A stretch of DNA of 34,785 nucleotides, from assembly GCA_051294375.1 (NCBI GenBank), contig CM119270.1:19443410-19478194 (forward strand), written 5' to 3'. Position 1 is the stretch's first letter. Each line of letters begins with the position of its first letter. The DNA comes from Paraspadella gotoi. Taxonomy: Eukaryota > Animalia > Chaetognatha. The position numbers and the translations under genes were made by a program. Positions 24,551 through 34,785 of the stretch are shown here, one piece after another. The notes below the pieces were generated by a model. That model saw nothing but the letters and a program-made list of their open reading frames with translations. It was not told the origin of the DNA and searched no databases.

Positions 24551-24668
24551 CGCCCCGGAAAAGACGACGAACTACGGGTGGCAGGAAGTGAGTTGGAGCG
24601 CGAAGAAGGGATCCAGCAACATCAACAACTGGCGAACTTACTCCGTGTGCGACATCTTTACGTCAAAG
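24551..24668 (+). CDS. Eph: Eph receptor exon B (APEKTTNYGWQEVSWSAKKGSSNINNWRTYSVCDIFTSK)
   Basis: Acceptor ccttcgcctccag ends at 24550 and donor AAG|GTGAGG starts at 24669. The exon is phase 2 in, phase 0 out. It carries the Eph hallmark motifs GW-x-E-x-S and R-T-Y-x-V-C. Confidence 0.93.
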
Positions 24669-25463
24669 GTGAGGAAAGGTTGGGGGGTGGAAATGAGGGG
24701 GGAGGTGCGAAATATGACGCTGGAGAAGTTGAGGTGGAGGTAAGTTGAAGGAAGGGTGAGGCGTTTAACGGGGTCAAGTATATTTGAACTTTTTTTTTCT
24801 ATTTGGACAGCCTTAGGTCTTAAAAAATTTAGGGTCTTTTAAATACTTTGATTTTACCCATTGTCAATAATAAAATGTACTTTATTTATAATTGCTAAGT
24901 CCTGATTCGTCATTTAAAATTAAATTATTATTATTATTATAACTTAAAATTATTATTGCGATGTTCAACCTTATCGTGAAATAACTATTTGAAATTCCTA
25001 TTTGAATTTTATTTTTCCTCGTTCATGATTTTCTAAATTTATCATCCTATACCGGGAATCGAAAACGAGGCTTTTTGACGTTTAGCCGCAATATGCAAAC
25101 GCGTTTATGAGCGTTTGTGATAACGGGCTTTTCTGTGAGCGGGTGGAAAAAAAAATCGACGTCGTCAGGAGAGAAAAAAAAAAGGAAATCGCAAAAAATC
25201 AAGATAAATGTCTGAATCGATTTTCCACCGGAAAAAATAAAATAGAAATAAAATGGAAGAGAAATGAAAAAAAAAGTTGATGATAAAAATATCAAAGTGA
25301 TGTTTCGTGAGAGCGTGAGAGGAAAAAAAGTCAAACGCGAATTTAACAATATAAAAGTAGATAAAAATAAAAATGGAACAATCGAATTTCATTAAAATGA
25401 CAGAAACGCAAATTTAATATCGGAAAAAAAAATCCTCTCTCTCTCTCTCTCTCTACTACCCAG

Positions 25464-25635
25464 GTCAACAATTGGCTTCGGACGCCTTTCATAAAGCGAG
25501 AGAACGCCAATCGCCTTTACGTGGAGATGAAGTTTTCCATGCGGGACTGTTCGCTCTCGCCTGGTGTTGTGCGCTCCTGCAAGGAGACTTTCGACCTGAG
25601 ATACTTCGAGAGCGACTTTGACTTCGCCAACCAGG
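25464..25635 (+). CDS. Eph: Eph receptor exon C ([57 protein letters not shown])
   Basis: Acceptor (tc)n-tactacccag ends at 25463 and donor GTGGGT starts at 25636. The exon is phase 0 in, phase 1 out. It carries the Eph motifs NNWLRT, F-x-x-RDC and SCKETF. Confidence 0.95.
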
Positions 25636-25995
25636 GTGGGTACAGTGTGCGTTGTGGTTTTCCTTTGTGGGTAATATTTAGTTGGTTAAGCTGTCATATT
25701 AATTATGAAAAATGAATAATTTATAATCATTATTAAAAGTTACCCTCAAATAATGTGGAAAAAACTTTTAAGAAACAGGACTAAAAATATATAAAAACCT
25801 TCTGAATTGCTGCAATATGCAAATTAGATTAAGTAAATAAATCTAGTTTTAGACGAAATATTAAAATAACTTTTCTGCGTACATTTATTTTTGTTGGTTT
25901 TCTTGGTATAGTTTTTTGTTTGATTTTTATATTTATCTCATTTCCCTACCCCCCTTAAAATGTCCACCAACCCACCCCCGAACCCCTTCCTCCAG

Positions 25996-26199
25996 GCATG
26001 CCTACCTGGGACGCGATGACCTACAAGCAGGTGGACCGCATCGCCGCCGACGGCCGATTCTCCGACAACAACGAAATACTCATCAACACGGAGACCCGGT
26101 CCATCCGCCTCGCCAAGAAGGGGCTCTACCTCACCCTCCATGATCAGGGCGCCTGCATGTCCATACTTGCCTTACGAATCTACTACGTCACATGTCCGG
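25996..26199 (+). CDS. Eph: Eph receptor exon D: C-terminal part of ligand-binding domain (GMPTWDAMTYKQVDRIAADGRF...GLYLTLHDQGACMSILALRIYYVTCP)
   Basis: Acceptor ccccttcctccag ends at 25995 and donor G|GTGAGT starts at 26200. The exon is phase 1 in, phase 1 out. It carries the motifs VDxIAAD, NTExR, G-x-Y...DxGAC and YYxxCP. Confidence 0.96.
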
Positions 26200-26388
26200 G
26201 TGAGTTTGGGTGAAGGGAACTTGGTAAGGACGGCTGCATATCCAATATCCATACTTGCCTTACGAATCTACTACGTCACATGTCCGGGTGAGTTTGGGTG
26301 AAGGGAACTTGGTAAGGACGGCTGCATGTCCATACTTGCCTGACGAATCTACTACGTCACATGTCCGGGTAAGGGTAAGGACTGTAAG
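26153..26388 (+). repeat. Triple tandem repeat of Eph exon D 3' end plus 5' splice site (units 81, 88 and about 67 bp)
   Basis: ctgcat...ccatacttgcct(t/g)acgaatctactacgtcacatgtccgggt occurs at 26153, 26234 and 26322. Confidence 0.95.
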
Positions 26389-26833
26389 TCAAGTCTTGCC
26401 TTCGTTAGCAACGACGGTAATCAAGTCGAGGAATATTGATCACCGTTCAGTGACACTAATTCTTTCCCGGGGGGAGCAGGAAGGGAGCTAGATCCAATTT
26501 TTAAGAGGATTTTATAAATATTAAACCATTTTTTTTGTTTCTTTTAATAGAAAAGATGATGACTGGAGAAGCTGTATCCGATCAAAATCATATCTCTGTC
26601 ATTTCAAAAAATTATGTACAAAATGTACAAAATTTTGGCGTCTCCTTGAATTAACTTAAATTAGTTTTTCAATGTCTTTTATAATTTTAAGGACGATTCA
26701 AAATGCTTTTTAAGTTAAAAAGAAGTCTTATTTCAGGTTGTTTATTATTATGATCGTTTATAAATCATAGCGAATAACTGACAATTTATTCAGCGAATTA
26801 ATTTTATCTCGTCATTTTTTTCCCGTCACTTAG

Positions 26834-26901
26834 GATTCATTGATACTTACGCTCATTTCCCGGAAACACCGACTGGTCCAGAAATGCAGTCGGTGGTGCA
26901 G
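26834..26901 (+). CDS. Eph: Eph receptor exon E: start of cysteine-rich/sushi region (GFIDTYAHFPETPTGPEMQSVVQ)
   Basis: Acceptor tttttcccgtcacttag ends at 26833 and donor CAG|GTAAAG starts at 26902. The exon is phase 1 in, phase 0 out. It carries the Eph motif A-x-F-P-E-T-x-T-G. Confidence 0.93.
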
Positions 26902-26913
26902 GTAAAGCTTATC

Positions 26914-26922
26914 AACATCATT

Positions 26923-26969
<47 letters not shown>

Positions 26970-27080
26970 TACCATCACCATCATCATCATCATCATAATT
27001 ATTATTATCATCACCATCACCATCATCATCATCATCATCATCATTTTCTTCATCATCATTATCATCATCATCATCATCCA
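26914..27080. repeat. (CAT)n-type trinucleotide microsatellite filling most of the Eph exon E-F intron
   Basis: Direct reading. It produces the spurious poly-D, poly-M and poly-I ORFs in the track. Confidence 0.95.
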
Positions 27081-27189
27081 TAATAATCACAGATAAAAAA
27101 CTTAACATAACTCTTAATCTATCTGTAGCTATACTGTAAATCTATATAACTTTATTCTTAGTAGTACAACATCTCCATCGATTTTCCAG

Positions 27190-27331
27190 GTGGAGGGGAA
27201 GTGCGTCGAACATGCATCTGTCGTCGTCCCCCCCTCTGGCATCTGCACCTCCGACGGAGAGTGGAGAGTCAAGAGAGGAGGTTGCACCTGTAAGCCTGGA
27301 TACGAACCGCACAGACAAGCAAAATGCAAAC
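27190..27331 (+). CDS. Eph: Eph receptor exon F: sushi/EGF-like region (VEGKCVEHASVVVPPSGICTSDGEWRVKRGGCTCKPGYEPHRQAKCK)
   Basis: Acceptor attttccag ends at 27189 and donor C|GTGAGT starts at 27332. The exon is phase 0 in, phase 1 out. It carries the Eph motifs GxCV, C-x-x-DGEW and GxCxCxxGYE. Confidence 0.95.
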
Positions 27332-29123
27332 GTGAGTACAATTATTTCTCTCTGAGAGAGAAATGGAGAGAAAGAGAGATAGCGCGCAAAATCAAAGGGA
27401 AGATGTATAATTAGAAAAATTAAGCTTGCGGTTAGGAACAAATTTAATTTAGAACAACATATACAACAACATATAAACAACATATACAACAACATTAGAG
27501 CCAAACTTCGTCAATGGGGTGGGTCAGAAGTTGATTTGGGAACCTTTCCAATGAAAACTTCATACATTTCTGAGAAAACTTTCAATGAGCAAAATTTTCT
27601 AAAATGGCAAGAAGCATAGTAATTATTTTTTAATATTTATTTATAGATAGGAAAATGTCAAAATTTTTTTTGGGAATTTTTTATTTTTAAAGCAGATTCA
27701 AATAGCTTATGAAAAGTTATCTACACCAAAGTATGATTCTTTTTTTCAATATTTTGATGATAAGTGGGTTTAATGAGAAAAACCTTTAAAAAATCATCAT
27801 CATCATCATCATCGATAATTTTAGCAGTTTTTACTAATTTTTAGTAATAAAACATCAAAATTTTAAAAAAGTTGTAATTATATTTTTGCTTAATTTTTAA
27901 GCTCTATCAGATCAATTAAAAAACTTAAAATATACCAAAAAAATTTTTGACATTATATAGCAATATAATAAATTAATTAGCGAATTACTCATGGTTGGAA
28001 CATTTTTGCAAAAAAAAAATATTTTAACACAATAATTAATACCAATAATGGATTAGTTTAATGCTGTTCCCATTAAAATTTGAATTTGGTCGGCTACCGC
28101 TAACAACATATACTTAAATTTGAAAGGAATGAATCACAAATTAGGTTATTGAACAGCCTTTCGGATCGTAGTCAAAAAAAAGCAAAAAAGAGAAAGAACA
28201 GGAAAACATAATTAGCAGAAAGCGAAGACTGAGAGCGAGCAAAGCGGGAGAAGCGGGCGAAAGCGGCAAAGCGGGAGAAGGGGCAAAGCCCTCAAAGTCA
28301 GGGCAACGGGGCATGGAGAGCAAAAAAGGTCTATGCAGCGATGGGAAACGCAATTAGCGCATCAACCGAAGGCGGAAAAAAAAAGAATTCTGGGTTCGAA
28401 AGGAAAGAAAAAGCGAAAAAGAAAATCGGGGAATTTCTTTGATGAAATTATAATCGTGAACTTATACTTTTTATCGAGAGATATCACGAACAGACTTTGA
28501 ATGGACAAGAATAATCTGCTGAAAGTTGTTCATTATCAACTATTGATAAAGATAATGTTCTTTGAAGTCGGTGGGACGAACAATTTATATCATTCTATAT
28601 TAACTACCGCGTGCCCTCCACAACCAAACCCCGGTCCCCTTCAACACCCCAAAATAATATTAAGTAAAATACGGTTTGGGTGAAGACAAAAATCTCAATA
28701 AATATTTTTCATTCGTCAAAATGAGAAAATACGAAGTTGCGGAAAAAAATACTCGCCAAACAAAACAAAATCGCAAGGGAAACAAAGTGTATTCGTTCAT
28801 TAAATCAAACGGATAAGAAACAAAATGTTTTCTCATTTCATCTCTACTTTATTTTTGCTCTGTGATCACATTTTCACGTTCACAAAATTCATTCACTGTT
28901 TGTCTGCTGCGAAATTTAATGAAATTTAATCTTAATAAATTGTCGAATTTTCTCCATTTTGGGATTTTCATGACAGATTGTTTTTTTTTTCTTTCTTTCT
29001 TTCTTTTCTTTCTTTCTTTCTTTCTTTTCTTTCTTTCTTTCTTTCTTTCTTTCTTTTCATTCTTTCTTTTTTACTTTCTTTCTTCTCTCTTTTTTTCTTT
29101 CTTCTTTCTTTCTTTCTTTCTTT

Positions 29124-29174
<51 letters not shown>

Positions 29175-30651
29175 CTCAGTCTTCTGTCTTTTGTCTTTCT
29201 TTCTTTCTTCTTTCATTCTTCTTTCTTTCTTTCTTTCACCTTTCTACCTTTCTGTCTTTCTTTCTTTCATTTTTTTCCCAACGTGCCTTTCCTCCTTGTC
29301 AAATTTTCTACTTCCTTCCTCTCAGTCCCTAAGAACTATACAAACTCTCACCAGAAAAAAATAATATAATATTTTATTTTTAATTTTATTTTTGTCTTTT
29401 TTATTTTTCTTCATTTTCGTCTCGAGGAACGTTTCTTTTTTCTTCGCGTCGCCAAGATAATTATTTTTGTTTTATTTTTTTCCGAAATCAAGAAATTCGT
29501 CAAAACAAAAGGAAAAACTGATGTAGTTTTTTCATATAATTTCACCATTAAATTCATTTGGTAATAAATAAAATTACTTGTTTGTTAAGAATAACTCTGT
29601 TTTTACATTATCATATAATTTTATTTTTAGAAAGTAAAAATGACAAAAAATGACATAAGAATAACTAATACTAATTTAAATTGGATTAACTATTTATATC
29701 TCGTCTCTTCAACAACTCAATTCCGTTTTTATTTCTCTTCCACTTCTTTCGTTCTCATCTCTAATTTCCTTCTGTTCATTTCTCCTCTCGTCTTTTGTTT
29801 TTCCCTAACGTTTGTCTCAGGTTTTACGACGCCAGCGCCACCTCATCCATCGACGCCGTTCGCGTCACCTTGGTCGGCGTCTCGGTCGCCATTTCGTCTG
29901 CATCAAATCACTTCAACTCACATCAAACTTACCCAGTTTTCTTTCCACTTCCCCGCCCTCTATGTGTTCTTTTTTATCTCCCTTCCTTTTCATTCTTCAT
30001 CTCTTCTTTTCCTCCTTCCTCTTCTCCCTTTCTTTTCTCATTCTTATCCCTACTTCTTTATTTCTTCCCCTTCCTCTCTTTTTTTCTTCCACTTCCCTTC
30101 TCTTTTTGTTCTCATTTATCTTTTTTCTCCTTCTCTTGCTCTTTTCTCCCTCCTCCTCCCTTTCTCCCTCTCTTTTCCTCCAGTCCTTTTGTTTCTTCCC
30201 CAGAGAATTCGTAAGACGTCAACTTCCATTGGTTGCGATTCCAATCGACCTTCTTTTCCTCACCTCACTTCACCATCTTCCACTTCTTTTCTTTTTCCAC
30301 CTCATCCTTCTAATTTCCCTTTCCTTCTGTCTTTTTTCCTCTTTTACTCCACTTTTTCCTCTTTTCCACTTCATCTTAATTTCCCTTTCCTTCTTTCTTT
30401 CTTTCCTCCTTTCCTCCACTTCTTCATATTTTTCCACCTTCATCCTTCTAATTTCCTTCCTTGTTTCTTTCTTTCCTACTTCCTCCACTCTTCTCGAATA
30501 TTTTCCTTTCCTATGTTTCCTATGTTCTTCTTCATTCCTTATCATCTTCCTTCATTCTCACGGTTCGCCTTATTCAAACATTCTCATTAATTCTCACAGT
30601 TCACAGTTCGCCTTATTCCAAACATGCGTCGACGAAACCTCCAAAAAAATA

Positions 30652-30850
30652 GAACAACGACGACGATGGCGGTTCAGATCGCGAAGTCGATGACAAAGAC
30701 AACAACGACGAAGACAACAACGACGACGAAAAGTACTACAATGACAACGACGACGACAAGGACGACGAAGACGATGAAGAGGGCGAAGTCGATGGCGGAG
30801 ACAATGACAACAAGGAGGAGATGACAACGACAAACAACGACAACGACGAC
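30652..30850. repeat. Degenerate (ACG/ACA)n trinucleotide tract
   Basis: Direct reading. Confidence 0.8.
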
Positions 30851-30984
30851 AGCAACCTTTTGATTCCGTCACGTTTTCTTCCCTTAGGATTTCCGCATTT
30901 TCCCTCTTCCTTCTCACGACTTCGATTACCTTCCACGACGCAAAACAACTTTTTTTTTCAGTCTTAATTTTTTTTTCTTCTGAT

Positions 30985-31172
30985 TTAATCCTAATCTTAT
31001 CTTATCCTTAATTTTAACCTTAATATTAACCTTAATCTTAACCTAATCTTAACCTTAAGAATAATCTCAACCATAATCTTACATGATAATCTTCATCTCA
31101 ATCTTCATCTTAATCTTAATCTCAACCGTAATCTTTAATGATAGTCTTAATCTTAATCACAACCATATCTAA
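30985..31172. repeat. Degenerate (TTAATC/TTAACC)n hexamer array
   Basis: Recurrent cttaat, cttaac and ctcaac units. Confidence 0.75.
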
Positions 31173-32001
31173 TGAAAATCTTTCATGTATGCTCGAATTC
31201 AAATCCCAATTTTCAATCACCACTCGTTCCACTTTGTTTTCACATTCCTTCAATTTTACTCAAAACTTTTAGCTCGACAACAGTTATCTCCTTTCTTACT
31301 TTCTCCTTTCCCCAACTCTTACTCTCTCTTTTCCCTTCCTTTCTTTCTCCTTTCCCTTCCCTTATTCTCTCTTTTCTCCTCCCTTACTCTCTCCTTCAAC
31401 TTCCTTACCTCTCTTTTCCCCTCCCTTTCTCTCTCTTTCCCTTACCTTATTATCTCTTTTCCCATCCCTTTCTCTTCCTTATTCTCTCTTTCTCCGTCAA
31501 TTACTCTTTCCTTTCCCTTCCCTTATTCCCTTCCTTTTCCTCTCCTTTAATCTCTCTCTCCTCTCCCTTCCTCTCCTTCAAACCTTACAACCTTACACAA
31601 CAGTTATCTCCTTTCTTACTCTTATTTCCCCTTTCCTTTCCTTTTCATTCTCTTCCTCTCCCCTTTTCCCTTCCTCTCTTTCTGATTTCTTTTCTTTCTT
31701 TCTACTTTCAAAAATTAGCTTTTAAACTCATCATCTCTCCATCACGCTTTGCACTGTTTCCCCACCGACGCATTCTTTCTCTCTCACCCCCTTCCTGGCT
31801 TCTACCACCCCACCCACCTCCACCTCCAAACCTCCTGTTACCCTCCCTTCCCCGGCTTCTACCACCCACCCACCTTCCACCTCCAAACCCCCCTGTTTCC
31901 CCCCCCAACCTCAAAAACCCCCCAGAGGAGATGGTTGAATCGGTTGGAAACAAAAGCGAAGGAAATTGGAGGTCGAGACGAAGGCGTCTTCCAAATGAGG
32001 A

Positions 32002-32089
<88 letters not shown>

Positions 32090-32182
32090 TAGAGAGAGAG
32101 AGAGAGATAAAGGGGGNNNNNNNNNNNNNNNNNNNNNNNNNTCCTCTCTCATTCTTCTCTCGGTCTCTCTCTCCTCCTCTCT

Positions 32183-32224
<42 letters not shown>

Positions 32225-32603
32225 CTCTCTCTCCTCTCTCTCTCCTCTTTTTCTCTGTCTTCTCAAAATATCGAATATATGCGACTGATCATAAAAGGTC
32301 GTGCAGTTTATAAGTTGGGTTCAACAAAGTTCCCTTCTCAATCTTTGGTCATGACATCGATATTCAGAAAGAGGAGATGAGAGAGAAGCGAGAGAGACAA
32401 GAGAGAGAAGAGAGAGAGTAGGAGAGAAGAGGAAAAGAGGATTAAAAAAAACTGGGTTTTTTGCACTTTCGTCTCGCAAGCTGAGAGGAGAGAGAGGTTA
32501 TCGACATTGGGCATCCTTCTTTGTTATTGGCAGACGTGCGAGCAGAATCGTACCATTTTGAGAAAGAAAGAAGAAAAAAGCCGGGGTAAGGATATGAGAG
32601 GAT

Positions 32604-32678
<75 letters not shown>

Positions 32679-33406
32679 AAGGCTAGAGAGAGGAGAGAGA
32701 GAGTAACAGGAAAAGAGGATAAAGCGGTTTAACGGGAAGTCTGTTTCATGGAATCTGAAAAAAAAAAAAGATTAAAAGAAAAGAAAGTTCGGGTTCGCCC
32801 GATGGTCATTGATTCCTTTCTTCTTCCCGCGGGGTAGCAAGAGTGCACCAATTCAAAATTTTTTCCTAGATAACCGCCTTTTTGAGATATAGCCTTTAAA
32901 GGTGAAACTTTCAAAAAAGGTCTCTCTCTAAAACCAATCAAGATAGCCTTGTAAGACTTGGGTATTAGATAATTTTAATCATGATCTAAACAATTGGTAG
33001 GTAATGCTTTTTTTCTATTCTCAAATCTTTGATGAAATAGAAGTCAATTAAAGGAATTAGAAAAAAAAATATTCAATCTTGTACAGGTTTATTTTCCTAT
33101 GAAAACAAAAAACTGATTGCAAAATCGGATACTCCGCACAAGTGTAGGCTAAGTTATGAATTTGACGGTTGAATGCATTTAATTGAGTTTTTGTCTTTAC
33201 TTACCACTCAGGAGGAAGGACTTTCTTTCTTGAATGCAATTTTTAAAAAATTTAAAATTTTGGCAATGAGCTTATTGATAAGTGAATCACTCTCAGAACT
33301 GAATTTAAAAGAGATGTTGACCGCAAGATTGCGTTGCCCTCACTAACGAGAAAATCCATTTTTTAGACTGTGAGAGACAGAAAGGAAAGAAAGAAAGAAA
33401 GAAAAA

Positions 33407-33482
<76 letters not shown>

Positions 33483-33572
33483 GTCAGTGGAAGAAAGAAA
33501 GTGACATTGAAAGATGAAAGAGGGAAAGAAAATAAGTAATTAATGAACTAAGGAAACAAAAAGACAAACACT

Positions 33573-33579
33573 AAATGAA

Positions 33580-33662
<83 letters not shown>

Positions 33663-33695
33663 ATGAATAATTAAATAAATAAATAAATAAATAAA
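33573..33695. repeat. (TAAA)n microsatellite
   Basis: Direct reading. Confidence 0.95.
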
Positions 33696-33842
33696 TTAAA
33701 AAATAATAAACAAGAATAAGAAAAAGACTAAAAGTATAAAACACAAGAAAAAGAAAGAAAGTCAACTGAGACCGCAAAAAAAAAAGAGGCGCTAATTTTC
33801 ATCTTTGACCGTCGACTTTTTTAGCGGAAGAGACGAAACGCG

Positions 33843-33921
33843 GTCACGTGATCAGTTCAAGTCGGTTTGACTTCATTTTTGACGTCATCCGGTTGTCATT
33901 ATGACGTCGATTCTGACGTCA
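33843..33921. promoter_or_regulatory. E-box plus CRE cluster (candidate enhancer)
   Basis: GTCACGTGA at 33843, perfect TGACGTCA at 33880 and 33914, and near-CRE sites TGACTTCA at 33868 and TGACGTCG at 33902. Confidence 0.4.
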
Positions 33922-34406
33922 TTTGGGTTTTTTTGATCGAACTGTTGTCTGCTCTCCTTATTTTAGGGTTGCCGACATTGATAAACGCTGCAAACAGTTT
34001 CTTTCAGAACTTAGATAATATAATATTTGTTATTAACTTTGATCCTACTAAACATCACTAGCTTGCATTACGTTTAGTAGTTGTTTCTAAATAGAAAATT
34101 TCATTCTCTTTGTTCGCCTTCCCTTACTCCCCTCTTCTTTATTCTTTCGAACCTTTCCTTTCTCTTTTCTATTTCCCTTCCCTTTCTTTCTCTTTTCTAT
34201 TTCCCTTCCCTTTCTTTCTCTTTTCTATTTCTCTTCCCTTTCTTTCTCTCTCGTCTATTTTTTTCACTCCGTCCTTGCTTTCTCTTTTCTCTTTTCCTTT
34301 CCTCCCATCCTCCCTCTCTCCTCTTTTTTCTTTTCCTCAGAATATTTTTCTCCTTCGCTTTTCGATTTGACGGCAAAATTTTTGGTGCTTGGCTTCTGCA
34401 GCTTGG

Positions 34407-34536
<130 letters not shown>

Positions 34537-34785
34537 TTACGGCGTCATAGTTCTGCTGAGTCTAGGTGTTTTCGACGAAGACGCCAGCTTTCGAATTGTA
34601 AAGAAAGATAGAACCAGAAAAGCCGACGACGACGACGACGACGACGAGAACGACGAGAACGACGCTGGCGGCGAACAAAAAAATTGAACAAAGAACAGTT
34701 AACAATAACAGTGAGTTCCTGGTTTCGTAGCTTTAATATTAAAAGTTTTTGAGATTCAAAAAAAAGTAAAACACAAATTTGTGAG

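Noticed and set aside
26830-27108. Poly-Asp, poly-Met and poly-Ile ORFs
   Set aside because: These are translations of the intronic (CAT)n microsatellite between Eph exons E and F.
28609-28650. ACPPQPNPG as the next Eph Cys-rich exon
   Set aside because: There is no AG acceptor before it, and it lacks the GxxK and further Cys pattern of the Eph EGF-like repeat.
30985-31172. Interstitial telomere-like repeat
   Set aside because: The units are TTAATC/TTAACC variants, not runs of TTAGG or TTAGGG.
31277-31620. Exact 24-bp direct repeat acaacagttatctcctttcttact at 31277 and 31597 as a TSD or LTR
   Set aside because: The intervening 296 bp is plain pyrimidine-rich low-complexity DNA without element features, so a local duplication is more likely.

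Overview
Gappy (11 N-runs), microsatellite-dense draft-assembly sequence from an animal genome, probably an invertebrate (inference from the Eph sequence and intron pattern). The only protein-coding feature I can support is part of an Eph receptor tyrosine kinase gene on the + strand: six phase-compatible GT-AG exons at 24301-27331 (771 nt). They splice into the ephrin ligand-binding domain and the start of the cysteine-rich (sushi/EGF-like) region: [257 protein letters not shown]. I found neither the signal-peptide exon nor the next downstream exon, so most of the window is probably Eph intron. Nearly all ORFs in the supplied track are microsatellite or N-gap artefacts. The most notable observations are: a triplicated exon end plus splice donor at the ligand-binding-domain boundary, which could give a truncated or soluble Eph; an in-frame cryptic donor; a candidate alternative terminal exon; a near-identical duplication around a 25-N gap that differs by a 448-bp microhomology-flanked indel; structured minisatellites; and several transcription-factor motif clusters. 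I see no convincing evidence of a wholly new biological system, no CRISPR array and no intact RNA gene.
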